63,879 nt of DNA, filler included, from Diploschistes diacapsis (GCA_023645945.1; 5 parts of 5 records of this genome joined end to end with filler, not necessarily neighbours in it); one strand, 5' to 3'; counted from the first letter of the whole stretch, positions 9,917 through 21,769 are shown. A program made the numbers and translations. The notes: a model not told the origin generated them from the sequence alone.

Positions 9917-12529
9917 TCATTTAACAGTGTCCTCTAACGTTGAACGATAGATTTCTTTCATGTCTAATATGTCAGCCTTCAGCTCTTCGACTAGCTCACT
10001 CTTTTCTCCAAGCATTTCCAGAGTAGTTTGTAAGCGAATATTGAGTTCCTGGATCTCCGCTCCCATCTCCACAAACTTCGTCTCTGTGGCACGCTTTCCT
10101 TCAATTTCGTCTATTAATGCCATTGCCTGAGTGCGCGCTTCATCCCTCTGGGATGATAGGCGATCAATTTCATCCCTCGAGGCCGCTTTCTCGCTTTCAA
10201 GCCTACGCACAGCGGCACTCATACGTTCCACGAGCTGCACGGAAGGTCCTGCGGCTGCGGTTGAAGTAGAACGCATGTCGTTGATGGTTCGGTCGGGCGT
10301 CTCAGGGGTTGACACACTATAGAGCAATTCCTCATTATTTTCCGAGATAATGGGAGGGGGCACCGGAAAACCTTCTTTGCGTTGGGCCTGTGGAATGGAT
10401 GCCGACGAATTTTGCCGCTGCGATAGAAAGTTCTGAGAAGGCTGCGTCGGCGTTCGCCATGAAATAGGGCGTTCCGAGTATGTGACAGTGGGGCTGCTGA
10501 CGCCATAACTAGGATTATCTGTAAAGCGCAAACTCTGAGCAGTGGGACCTTCCAAAGTAGCAGACCTTGGCACAGGAGAGTCTCTCTCAGATGTGTTACC
10601 ACGGCGCTCCTTATCTCCACGCTCACCAAGAACTTTAAAGCTCTCCTTAATTTGCTTCAGCTCACTTCGGACTTCGTAAAGCTGTTCCTCAGCCGTTGCC
10701 AAAGAAGCTTCGAGCGACAGAACATTTTCTCTCTCCTTTGTGCAGGCCTCTTCCAGTCCATGCGCCTTGCACAACTCTCGCTGAAGCTGCATCTCCAGCT
10801 CTCGGCATTTGTTACTGCCCTCGCGCGCTTTGCGGCGCAGATCTGACTCCTTCTTGTACAATTCACTCTGCTCCTTCTCGAAACCTGCAATCTTGGCCAG
10901 CAGGGAATTCTCAATACCCCTCCAGTTCTCGCTGGCCACAACATAGGAGCTTTGAAGGGTCTCAATTTGACGGGTGAGCTTCGCTTGAATATCAGCACTA
11001 CCCTTGGTGGACCTTTCCTCTGAGTGAGCTCTATACGCCTCAAGCCTGCGTTCCAAAACCTTAGGGCCACATAGGTAAGCATCACTCCAATATATTGTCA
11101 ACAACAAGAAACAGTTTACCTGTAATTCAGCCTTCAAATCTGTTTCATTTGCTTTGCTTAGAACTCTTTCCCGATATCGGTCCGTTTCTATATCACGCAA
11201 TTGCGACTTGTGACTATCGTTAAGCCGCTCCCTGTCCAATTCTGCGGTCGATAACTCTTCGCGTAATTTTGCCACAGTTGCCTGCTCCAATTCTAATCGA
11301 CATTTCCACTTCTCAACTTCTTCCACAACGCCCACGCAATTACTCTGTGTTATTTTTTGCTGTGGGTCGGAAACGTGGGAGTCTTTGGCTTCCAACTCGG
11401 CGGAAACAAAGTTAAGCTTTGACCGGGTGGGTGCTGGTGATTGGGCGCGCTGCGCCTCTGCTTGTTGGGAGGATTCAGAGCTCTTTAGCTTCTCCTTGAG
11501 AACTCTAACTTCATTGTGTAGGTCCACAACGCCACGTACCGCATGAGATCTAAACTTTTCCTCTTCGGCAGATCTTGCCCGCAGCTTCTTGATTGCATTC
11601 AAGAGTTTCAATTCTTTCTGTGACATTCTCATACCTTCTTCTATGAGAAGTGCGATGTGCTCATCCCTTTCAGCCAGTTGTCCTTCAAACTCGTTGGTTC
11701 CTGCTGCCGCTTTTGTATGTTTTGCTTGAGCAGAGGCTTGACCAGTCAAAATTTGTAGCTTTTTCTGTAGTGAGTAGATCTGTTCAAGAAGCTGATTCGC
11801 TTCACTCCGTCTTGCCCCTTCACCGACCTCAAGGTTGCCGCGCAGTCGCTGAACAAGTTCTCGATACTCGTCTAGGCCAGTTGGATCAGATGTAGTCGGA
11901 GCATCGTACGTGACCTCGGTTGCCAAACCGATCGAGAGCTCAGCGAGGCTTGACTCCACTCTTGGTTTGAAGTTCGAGTTTCGGAACGCGAATTCTGTAG
12001 AGATCCCATGGTTGCTAATATTATATGGGTCACTGTCACTGGACTCGACGGATATAGCAGTGATACAATGAGCATCTCCTTGCAGAGCACTGTACTTTAC
12101 CTCTTCCTCCTCGATGTACCGCTTATTATCAGAACTCGTGCGTTGCGACGTCGAGTTTCCGAAGGGAGTTCCTGTTCGGGGAGTGCTAACATTGGAATTG
12201 CTCGCTGACCCGGCTGGAATACGCCCGCTCATAGCCTTGGACAATCTATCTTGCAGGCGTTCTGTACTCTTGCTAGGAGGCCCTTTGCCTTTCGCATCTG
12301 ATATCTCATTATCAGCTGAACGACTGACTTGATACCTGAACCTGCCTTGTGCAAGCTGTCGATCACGCGACTCATCTTTACCGTATCCTGCCGTCGGTTC
12401 AGCAAACCTCTTCGAAGATGAGGAGGGTTGCTCGTCTTCTGCTAAGATGGTATCCAACCGAGATTCTACACCAGCAACAGCTTGCTGGAAGAACGAACCC
12501 CATTTTGAAGCAGGCTTGTTGTAGGCCAT
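9917..12529 (-). CDS. SGM1: TMF1/Sgm1-like coiled-coil golgin
   Basis: N-terminal WGSFFQQAVAGVESRLDTIL, long coiled coils, C-terminal TMF domain (GPSVQLVERMSAAVRRLESE…TTLEMLGEKSELVEELKADI.DMKEIYR). Probable in-frame introns 12345-12298 and 11119-11060. Confidence 0.85.
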   Translation of the reverse strand: MAYNKPASKWGSFFQQAVAGVESRLDTILAEDEQPSSSSKRFAEPTAGYGKDESRDRQLAQGRFRYQVSRSADNEISDAKGKGPPSKSTERLQDRLSKAMSGRIPAGSASNSNVSTPRTGTPFGNSTSQRTSSDNKRYIEEEEVKYSALQGDAHCITAISVESSDSDPYNISNHGISTEFAFRNSNFKPRVESSLAELSIGLATEVTYDAPTTSDPTGLDEYRELVQRLRGNLEVGEGARRSEANQLLEQIYSLQKKLQILTGQASAQAKHTKAAAGTNEFEGQLAERDEHIALLIEEGMRMSQKELKLLNAIKKLRARSAEEEKFRSHAVRGVVDLHNEVRVLKEKLKSSESSQQAEAQRAQSPAPTRSKLNFVSAELEAKDSHVSDPQQKITQSNCVGVVEEVEKWKCRLELEQATVAKLREELSTAELDRERLNDSHKSQLRDIETDRYRERVLSKANETDLKAELQVNCFLLLTIYWSDAYLCGPKVLERRLEAYRAHSEERSTKGSADIQAKLTRQIETLQSSYVVASENWRGIENSLLAKIAGFEKEQSELYKKESDLRRKAREGSNKCRELEMQLQRELCKAHGLEEACTKERENVLSLEASLATAEEQLYEVRSELKQIKESFKVLGERGDKERRGNTSERDSPVPRSATLEGPTAQSLRFTDNPSYGVSSPTVTYSERPISWRTPTQPSQNFLSQRQNSSASIPQAQRKEGFPVPPPIISENNEELLYSVSTPETPDRTINDMRSTSTAAAGPSVQLVERMSAAVRRLESEKAASRDEIDRLSSQRDEARTQAMALIDEIEGKRATETKFVEMGAEIQELNIRLQTTLEMLGEKSELVEELKADILDMKEIYRSTLEDTVK

Positions 12530-12740
12530 TTTCGAGGTTGACACACATGGGGAGAACTAAGTGGACTGATCGGGAGAATGTTTGATTCTTCCATCATACA
12601 TGAAGAAAGACATAAGATCAAACGTTCAAGCTATTTACAAAGGTATATGCGGAAGATCCGATAAACATACAACCCACGAGTAACATAATAAACGAGTCTT
12701 AGTATCCCCCAAGTGGTGCGTAAGCCCCGTAATTTGTGAG

Positions 12741-13179
12741 TAGAGTGTTGCCCCTAGTAACCGAGCGGACCCTAATAACCGATCATCCATAAGCGCTTTT
12801 TACATCTAAAATGCCCTCCCCTTTTTTATTCAATATAGGCTCCATATATATTTTTTATTAATTTAAACCTAGATATTCTCGATAATGGAAAATATTTCTA
12901 TCGAAACGAAAATTGAATCTTTTTCGTTATCGTTTCGTGAAATCGCTCGGCGTAACGGCGGCCTTTTTTTCTTTTTTTCGATAAGCTTAATGACCGTTCT
13001 AAAAGGTTTGTTGATAGGTTTGTTGATTATCAATCGTAGCAGTTTATAACGTGTTTCACCACATAACGGAACACGCCACTAAGCGGAACACAATCCCTGC
13101 ATTTTCGTAAAATATATTTCTTAATATTTTTATCTTTCGTACGATAATATTCTTTTATTATAAATATTCAAGAAGGCCG
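12741..13179. mobile_element. Degenerate pogo/Fot1-like DNA transposon fragments with two TIR-like ends
   Basis: 12741-12782 starts at TA and holds an internal direct repeat (CCCTAGTAACCGA / CCCTAATAACCGA); it matches the reverse complement of 55897-55936. A second end at 13047 (TA|ACGTGTTTCAC, direct repeat CGGAACAC) matches 62655-62667. Flanks are AT-rich. Confidence 0.65.
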
Positions 13180-13350
13180 TGTAACAGCGGGGGTAGTGCC
13201 TAATAGGTAGCGCTATCCCACTGAGCCAAAAGACTGAACACAATGCTTTCAGTAACCCCGAAGCACTTGTTTCCCTATTGCACTATATGTAGGTACGCAG
13301 CTGTGGCAGCAGGGGGACCTGTACCCCGGTGCGCACACTCGGGTGTTACA
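13180..13350. mobile_element. Short solo-LTR-like element (171 bp)
   Basis: Starts TGTAACA and ends TGTTACA (perfect 7-bp inverted termini, TG…CA), GC-balanced inside AT-rich DNA. No target-site duplication visible. Confidence 0.55.
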
Positions 13351-14526
13351 ACTATAACTACTAGTAGGATGTTTAACTATTGTTAGTAGGACTAGTGATG
13401 TTTCCTGAAGGTTTTAGAACCTTCAGGGTCACACTAATGACTAATTAATGAGACAGACTAACTCATTTAGATTAATAATCAGACATTAATTAGCATTAAA
13501 ACAAAAGAACTAAACTAAAAATCGTTATTACCATTTGGACATACAGCAGCCTATGAAATCTAACAAAAGGAATGAATGATAATTCGTAGCTAATCTGGAA
13601 CAAAATCTACTTATATAAAGTAGATGCCAAGCGCCATCGTCAGCGAGGTCGGCAACACCTGCAACCCAACGACTACTACCACATTAACCGTTAATCTATT
13701 ATATTGATCGTTCCAAACATGGGGATCTAAGGTCAAAGTTTTTACTTTAGCCTCTCGCTTGAGTCACGTTAGTTTTTCAATCAGCATCCAGACCTTCTGC
13801 CCCAATGGAGTATGCTTTGCCCGGGATGGCTGGCGACCGTTGTATAGAACTGTTTGCGCGCGAGCCAAATACGGGGTCATCGTGAATCGTCAAGTACGAG
13901 GTAGCATCAAGGCTTTATTTATCGAGCCTATCGACGAGTTGTGGTTGATCCTGACTGCTGACCTGCAACAAGTGTCTTGCATGGATCCCCCAACAAAGTC
14001 CCATAGTACCTCTCCTCTTCCTCTTCCTCTTCCACTTCCTCATCCCCCTCCGCAATTCCACGCTGCAGCTAGGCTAGTGCGTATTACCGGCCCCATGCAC
14101 CGTCTAGGAAAGTGCGTGGATCCCTTGCCAGCGACTCGTTGGTGTGTTGTTCAGAGTTCAGATAAGCTGCCACCCGTCAAAAGGGTCGTGTGATTTCTTT
14201 CCTCCACCAAGCAGGGACCGACACGCGCTCACTCGCTCACTCAATCCGACTTACTGGGGCTGAGAACACTGAGCTGAGAGATACGAGTTTGCTTGTTCTG
14301 GTTGGATTGAAAGATGTCTTTTTAACCTTAATATCTGATCCACCCTTCATCCATCCTCTTCGGCGCCAGTGTTGCGGTATCGATCTACAGGATATCTTGT
14401 GAGCTACTTACATTAAGTTTCACACTCTTTTTTCTTGTAACGGAGCGTTTCTACCAGCTTTGCGCTCCTCCTCTCTCCGCGCTCTCTCTTGTTGCTGTCA
14501 ACAATTGCCTGTGTCTCGTCATCACA

Positions 14527-16271
14527 ATGGCCGAGCCGGAGCCTACCCACAATAACACTATGGAGCCCGCCTCTGAAAAGGAGATCACCACCACTTCCGC
14601 TCCCGAAGTCCACAACGGCTCATCCACCCACGATGCCGAGCGCGGAGGCGTCACAGCTCACCTAATGGGCTGGCAGTACAAGCCACTTAGGTTCGGTCCC
14701 TGTAACCTGGGCTGGTATGCATCGCCCTCCTTTCAGCTCGTCATGGTCTCTTTCGTCTGTTTCCTCTGCCCTGGTATGTTCAATGCCATCAACGGTATCG
14801 GAGGTGGAGGGCAGGTTGACGCCACCACCTCCAACCAGGCCAACATCGCGCTCTACTGCTTATTCTGTGTCGTCGGTTTCGTTGCCGGATCCATTGTCAA
14901 CCGTATCGGCGTCAAGATCACCCTCAGTTTTGGAGGAATCGGTTACTGCATCTATGTTGCGAGTTTCCTCTGCTACAACCACACCGCCAACCGCGGCTTC
15001 ACGGTTTTCGCTGGCGCATTGCTAGGGCTCTGCGCCGCATTGCTGTGGACCGCACAAGGCGCGATTATGATGAGCTACCCCATGGAGGCGGACAAGGGCA
15101 AGTACATTGCTACCTTCTGGATCATTTTCAACCTTGGTGGTGTCATTGGAAGTCTGGTAGGGCCACACTATTACATGATCATCAGAAGCATACTGATCTT
15201 CCCAGATCCCTCTCGGCCAGAACATCAACAACGCCGGCAGCGGTAGCGTTACCGACGGTACATACGCCGGCTTTATCGTTCTCATGTTCCTCGGTGCCGT
15301 AGTGGCAACTTTACAGACAAATGCCGGCAACATCATCAGGAAAGACGGGTCAAGAGTGATCATAATGAAAAACCCATCATGGCGGAGCGAACTATCCGGG
15401 CTTCTCGCAGTCATGAAGACTGACTGGTACATTCTGCTGCTGTTCCCGATGTTTTTCGCTAGCAATTTCTTCTACACTTACCAGTTCCAGGACGTCAACC
15501 TGGCCAAGTTCACCCTCAGGACCCGGTCGCTGAACTCGGTTCTGTACTGGGCCGGTCAGATGGTCGGAGCCGGCATTTTCGGGACTGCGCTCGACATCCA
15601 GGCCGTAGGTCGTTCAACAAGGGCCAAAGCGGCTCTCATCGCACTATTCTGCCTTACGATGAGTATGTGGGGTTGGGAGAACGTACGGGATTGAACCAAG
15701 CTAACGATATACAGTCATTTGGGGCGGCGGATACGCCTTCCAAGCCACCTTCGACCGCACGACCAACCCGGGATCGAAGGAAACTCCTGCCTTCCGCCTC
15801 CTCGATTGGACCAGCCCCGGCTACGGCGGGCCCGTGGTCCTCTACATGTTCTACGGCTTCTTCGACGGTAAGCACATCCTCTACCCACCAGACCATCTAC
15901 CGTCCCCCTCCACCCCCGAATAGCACAAACTAACCCTTTTCTTTGCTACAGCCGCCTGGCAAACCTGCGTGTACTGGTTCATGGGCTCTCTGAGCAACAA
16001 CTCGCGCAAGCTGGCCAACTTCGCCGGCTTCTACAAGTCCATCCAGTCCGCCGGCGCCGTCATCGCGCCCGCCATCGACCTGGCGCTGGTGCCGTACATG
16101 AACGAGCTAGCGGCCAACTGGGGCCTGTTGGCGGGCAGTCTGCTGATTGCGGCGCCGATCATCTTCACGCGCATCCAGGAGAGCACGCCGCTGGAGGATG
16201 ATCTGGCATTCTCGGACGAGACGGTGGCGGATGTGGTGCCGGTGGGGACGGATGTTTCGGAGAAGTATTGA
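14527..16271 (+). CDS. UNC-93-like (DUF895) MFS membrane transporter, 4 exons
   Basis: VCFLCPGMFNAINGIGGGG, LLWTAQGAIMMSYP, FWIIFNLGGVIG, LLFPMFFASNFFYTYQF, YWFMGSLSN, GFYKSIQSAG. Introns 15157-15205, 15663-15714, 15868-15951. Confidence 0.9.
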
Positions 16272-16301
16272 GGATCGAGGAGGAGGAGACGGGGGAATTA
16301 C

Positions 16302-16401
16302 NNNNNNNNNNNNNNNNNNNNNNNNNNNNNNNNNNNNNNNNNNNNTTAATTAATTAANNNNNNNNNNNNNNNNNNNNNNNNNNNNNNNNNNNNNNNNNNN
16401 N
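16302..16401. other. Artificial contig spacer
   Basis: N-run with central TTAATTAATTAA. Confidence 0.97.
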
Positions 16402-16910
16402 GTTGGGGGGAACGAGGGGGGGAAATGGGACAGGTGAGAGGAAGTAGAGAGTTTTGATCTTAATTATGGTTTAGGTAGACATGGTTTCACTTCGGATGCG
16501 AGGAGAGATGGATGGTGGCTTGATCATGGATTGGCCCCGCTACCGGAGACTTTATTGTGGCTGCTAAAGATACTGCGTAGGATGCACCAAAGACACATCG
16601 CCATTGCATCCAATATCCGGCGTTATTGATACTATCCATCGTGTTCTCTGCTTTGACGTTGTCGAGATAGGGTAATATCTTATATGCTGAATTGGTTTCC
16701 CCTTCCGCACAATCTTCAATGCAGGGCTCTCGGCCTGGTAGCACATCGCCAAGCCTTGTTCCCTTCTTAATAAACCGGCCGTTCGCATGTTTGGAGTCGC
16801 CGCACATAATACAGAAGTGCCCCATTATAGGAGTTTCCGGGCGAGCAAGTTCATCCTTCCCAGACGCCAGACCGGCCGCACGCTGTAGGCAATGTCTCAA
16901 GTCACCAATC

Positions 16911-17438
16911 CTAGAATCCTCGTCGACCCCGTCCTCCTCCACGAGGACCACCCCTGCCTCTTCCGCCCCGCCCGCGCGGTCCACCACGGCCACCGCGATC
17001 CGTAGGCTCCTTCCTTGCCTTGTTCTTCGGTTTTGGCGCGTCGTCAATCAGTAAGCGATCGAGAGGCAGCGAATCGGGCAAAATGTAGTACCGGATCATC
17101 GAACCGCGGATGTTCAGGGACTCTAGGGCTATCGGATCGCGTCCTTTGAGTGTCATCTTGACTGCTCGGAGCGCGGTGTTCATTTGAGGGGAGACGGATG
17201 CTATTGTGCCGTGGACGATTGTGCCTGGTTCTGTGAGTATACTTCTGGGCGCTTTGGTGATGGAAGGAGGAACGGTCCATACCATTCTTTAGCTCGATCG
17301 TGACCGTCTCGTTGGTGCATTTCATAAGAAATCTAGGAGGGAGTTAGCCAGGATTGTTGGCTCGGGCCTTGCGAGAAGAGGTTTCAGCATTTTGCTCGCT
17401 GTGCATGGTGAGGGAACGACTTACCTGACGAGCTTCAT
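16911..17438 (-). CDS. SMD1: Small nuclear ribonucleoprotein Sm D1, 3 exons
   Basis: Spliced [29 protein letters not shown]…[13 protein letters not shown]…LLIDD plus an RG/RGG tail. Introns 17424-17333 and 17282-17225. Confidence 0.97.
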
Positions 17439-19089
17439 CCTGGTGACTGAATGCCTCAAATTAGGGAGTGCGCTTAAGATGATACTCGGTAATAGCGATC
17501 TTCAATAGGGTCTTGTCCAAGAGCTTGCGCGCGATGATCTGAATTTCGAGTTACCAAGATCAAAAAATCGAAGCTCAGATAGGTTGGTGCGATAAATAGG
17601 GCTGAAGTCAGGAAAGTGTTTTTCCGCTTAATTGGGACTACTAAGTTATCATTTCCTACCTAGAAGCCTTAAAAGCAGAATAAGTCATCTTTCTACGATT
17701 TGTCAGAGATCAGATACTATAAGCGATGCCTTAGTCTCAGTGAACTACCGTACTCACTGGGGAGAATAACCCTTGGACAAACCAAACAGGCTTAAAGAAA
17801 CTCGGGCAAGAAACTTGTTGACCAAGAAGCGAACCTACACTTTTCCCTACGCGGTAAGCAAAGATTGAAAGCAAATGATAGCTTATATCTGCCAGGCAGC
17901 TCATGCCTGGGACCTTCAATCAGAGAGCAAGACCTGACAGCAGAGGACTTGCTAACATAGTAACCAGATTCAGATGAGCGGATGGGACAGAAGCTGAAAG
18001 CAGCACCTGGCCAAAGCCTTGAAGTTGGAAGTCCGCTCAATCACTTAAGGGTGCTGCTCACTTGTTACGATATGATGGTTGAAGTGTTACGTGCCTGCCA
18101 ACGTTATATGATTGCTATAAGACTTGTACTTGCACATCTCCAAGAGGGTATAGTTTAAGTTTAAGGTGCAGCTGACTTTGCTACTGATATCTTTACTTTG
18201 CGATCAATTATTGAGGCGTCCACGGCTTCGCTATTCTGTGTTTAACATCGTTCTAATGATTATAAATTCATTGGTCTGTTTTCCCTTCTTACTTGAATTC
18301 TTCGGTACATGATGTCGTTCCAATTCCTTCTGCAAGGGATATACTCTCACCCCAGAATTGCTACTTTACGATGCTTATTTCCTGATATACATATCTATGG
18401 TTCCTGTTTTCTCTGGGGATGGCTTTTGTATATTTGAGTCGCCCAGGTGAGCTTTCTGCCAGGGTCAAGATATTGAAATGCTCATAAATACTCGAAGTCT
18501 TCGACCCACTCCCTCTGTACTTTTCCCCAGACGAATATCAACGCTTCCTTCACGAACATTCATTCCTCCAGAGCTAGTGTGTCCATGTGTGCCTCCATAT
18601 TTGTACTCTCTTTTACGGCGCAAAAATAACAAACTCCAAAACGTCCTCTCGGTTATGCACCATGTCCTATGAGGTAGAAAACGTTGAGCAGCCAAATGAT
18701 GAGCCACTACCGTATTCTAACGTGACTGGTTTCTACGGGAGCCGTTCACCTTCGACATTATGTCTGCAGTGGCTGAGTAGAGGCATAGGGGCTGCGCGAT
18801 GACTGCTCTACAATGGTTAAATAGATATCAGCAAGTAGAATACTGACAGATTATGACAAGAATAGCTAAATACATGAACATGAGTCGAGGATAGTAGTAT
18901 ACGCTATAGACTGTGTGGCACGATGGGCTCACGTCTTTTTCTTTTCTTCAACTAGAAAACTACAGATAAGCCAAGTTCAGCTCCATCCCCTACCGCTCAT
19001 AGCCCTTTCTCCTTGATTCTTGTCTTTTAATCCTGTGTTAATTCTCCTATCGTATATTCCTTGAAGCGGTATCATAGACGTCAGTCAAT

Positions 19090-19938
19090 CATGACTCGAT
19101 GTCGAAGCAACACGTCCTCACCCCAGACCCCCAACTATCCTTTCAACCCTCTGACCCAACCTTCCGACCTACGTGCAAGGCTCTTTGCCCAAGAAATTCG
19201 GCAATGGGACAAACACAGCGAAATACCCGGGCCCAGACCGTCCAGCAAGTGGTGGCTCAGCATCTTCCAACCGTCCAATAGACACGGCCGCAAGACCAAA
19301 TTTACCGTGTCTAAGAGCGTTGGACTGCCCACTGGCAGTGCCAACACCGATGCGAATGCAAATGCCCATATATTCAAGTTCTTTACGACCGGCCGGCAAA
19401 CTTCCATCCATACCGGTAGATACTGGGACGAATCTCCGCCCCGGCGCACCATGGGGATATCAAGATAATACGATTAGCAGCAGCTTCGAGTAAGCTGCCA
19501 ACGGGTGCATCAGGTCCTTGGCCACCGTTGCCACCTTCGTGGAAAGAAGGCTTGGAACAAGCGCAAGAATATATGAAGCGGGAAAGGCAGCTGCGACTCC
19601 AGGAGGCATCCGCTCGTCTTGGAGCGTCACGGGGCAGCACGGAGAAATATAAACCGCGCGTGATTGAAGAAGCGCAAGCGCGGAGACTGAACTGCTGGGA
19701 AACGTAGGAAAAGCAGAAGAGAGAAAGGTTGGAGAAGAGGGTCATAGCAAGTTGTCCCCAGAGCTTTTCTTTCCGGTAGAAGCTCTGCTTCGTGGGACGA
19801 GAGAAACGACAATCAATCGCATGCCGTATTAATGAGACCAGTTCGATTTGTGGCCTGCCATGTGTGGGAATCCTTGCCGAAGCGTGCCTTGGTGGGATTG
19901 GGCGACAGCCGCTGGTCATTGAGCTTGGATATACTTAG
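19090..19938 (+). pseudogene. Possible decayed orphan gene
   Basis: Frame 19420-19938 reads as a charged helical protein (GLEQAQEYMKRERQLRLQEASARL…EKQKRERLEKRVIASCP) interrupted by two in-frame TAG codons (19705, 19777). No family recognised. Confidence 0.25.
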
Positions 19939-20088
19939 TAGCTCGCCGGGAAATAATGCATGCAAAGGCACTTCAAAGGCGTGACAAGGATGAACACAAC
20001 ATTCTTTCGTATAAAACATGCCGTCCATCCCATGATAACTCTCGAAGAGAACGCTAGAGGACGCTAGAGGACGCTACCCATACAGTAA

Positions 20089-21494
20089 TTAATGGTGATC
20101 GGAGCTGTTCCCGAGGTGGTTGACTATTTGCATTAGTGATACATTCTTGTTAGTTCGTCTCAGTGCCTCTTTAACATCTTCGTAGGCTCTATCCAAGTCG
20201 GCTTCCCAGATAAACTTCATCTTCTCTTGAAGCGTGTTCGCCATAATAGGCACGCATTCCTCAACGTCTTTGTCAATCAGCTCTGGCAATTGCATGTCGT
20301 ACAGCGGCCCAGACTTCCTCGACGTCGCTTGCACCTTTTGAGCACGGGGAAGCCGGAGGTTTTGATACAGATCCGCGCACGCGTCCAAGGTTGGCAGAAT
20401 GTCGAGACTCTGTTTGCCAACATATTCGCCGAGCACGCGGCCGAGTATCCATCCGTCTTCGACTGCTTGACCTGCTCCCGCGCCGGCGTGCGGCAACACT
20501 TTGCACGCGTTCGTCAATGGGCGGAGAGATAGAACTATTGAAAGCACGGATACTCACTGGCATGCGCTGCATCGCCCAGCAGAATGACCTTGCCACCCAT
20601 GTAGCTCCACCTATCCAACGGCTCTCGGTCGTTGATGCGCCATTTGCTCGGCTGGTTCGGCATTAGACTAATGAGCCTCTGTACCGTCGGTTCAAACAGC
20701 CTGTAGTCCGCCTCGACTTCCGCCCTATCGCATGTCGAAGTCCACGACTCGGCGACCATCTCGGCGTCCTTCCCGGACGCGTTGGCAAAGGCAACCACGT
20801 TGAGCGTCCGATTGCATGAAATGGGGTAGGTGAGGAAATGCTTGTGCTTCCCGCACCACATGATGGAGTACGTCCCGAAGGGCCACCACCCCTCGAGCTC
20901 GGCCGTGGGGATTGTCGCGCGATAGGCGATCTGGCCCGAGTAGACGGGCCTGTCGTCTACGAATTGGCTACGGACGCTGGAGTGAATGCCGTCGCAAGCG
21001 AGCACAGCGTTTGCCGGCACGCTAGTCGAATCGGCAAAGTAAACCGTTACGTGACGATCGCCGTTATCCTCGACGCGGGAAAATTTCTTCTTCGTGTGCA
21101 GCTTCGCCGCTTTGCGCTCCTCGATCGCGTGCCGGAAGAGCTCCAGCAAGTCTGTCCTGGCACATGATGCTTGTCTGACGGCTTTCGTGTCATCGGCAGG
21201 TATGCTAATAATAGATTCGCCGTTATCGAAACGCCGGAAGTCGATCCAGACGCCGGAGCGGAAGCCCGATATGGCATTGAGCTTGTCCCCCAGGCCGATG
21301 TTGTGAACCATGCGTGCCGAGTTGATCGCGAGGCCAACGCCCGCGCCCACCTCCTTGAACTCGGAGGCCTGCTCGTAGACGTCGATGTCGACCGGCAGGT
21401 CCTTGCAGTTGTGATGGATGGCCAGGGCTGCGAACAGCCCTCCGATGCCGCCGCCGATGATGGCGACTCGAAAACGCTCGCTTGCTGCTGCCAT
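20089..21494 (-). CDS. FAD-dependent monooxygenase, salicylate hydroxylase-like, 2 exons
   Basis: VAIIGGGIGGL Rossmann motif, VYEQA…EVGAG, ACDGIHS (DG motif), LLGDAAHAMLPHAGAGAGQAVEDG (GD motif) after removing intron 20557-20499. Confidence 0.92.
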
Positions 21495-21769
21495 TGGTTG
21501 AAGTGTTTTCGGCGCAAAAATCTTTCTGTACCAGATCTCTTGGTGGCGAGCCTTGATTTTATCCTCGGGGCTGGTGAGATGCGACCAGCCAGTGGGGGGT
21601 TGCGCGTAGGCCAATATCGATTTCTTTCGAGGAACAAGAACGGTGACTCGGGTCAATGTTGTACCTGCTGCCGAAATTCCGTAATCGGGCTGCTAATAAG
21701 GGGGGTAATCTACATATATAGCCAGGGCAACTCCTCAGGTCCATAGCCATCTATTCTCCTACGCGCACA

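Noticed and set aside
14255..14320. Partial resemblance to a fungal TPP riboswitch (CTGAGA.ATAC…CTTG.TCTGG…GAAAG) upstream of the UNC-93-like transporter
   Set aside because: Lacks the TGAT core and the ATAATACCAGCG P5 arm; the stems cannot be formed. An Rfam RF00059 scan would settle it.
20051..20076. ACGCTAGAGG x2.6, and a 21-bp tandem duplication at 62511-62552
   Set aside because: Short slippage duplications without spacers; not CRISPR-like and no evident function.
3576..21494. Terpenoid biosynthetic cluster (squalene synthase + monooxygenase + transporter)
   Set aside because: The genes are on three different contigs, and ERG9 is the primary sterol enzyme flanked by housekeeping genes.
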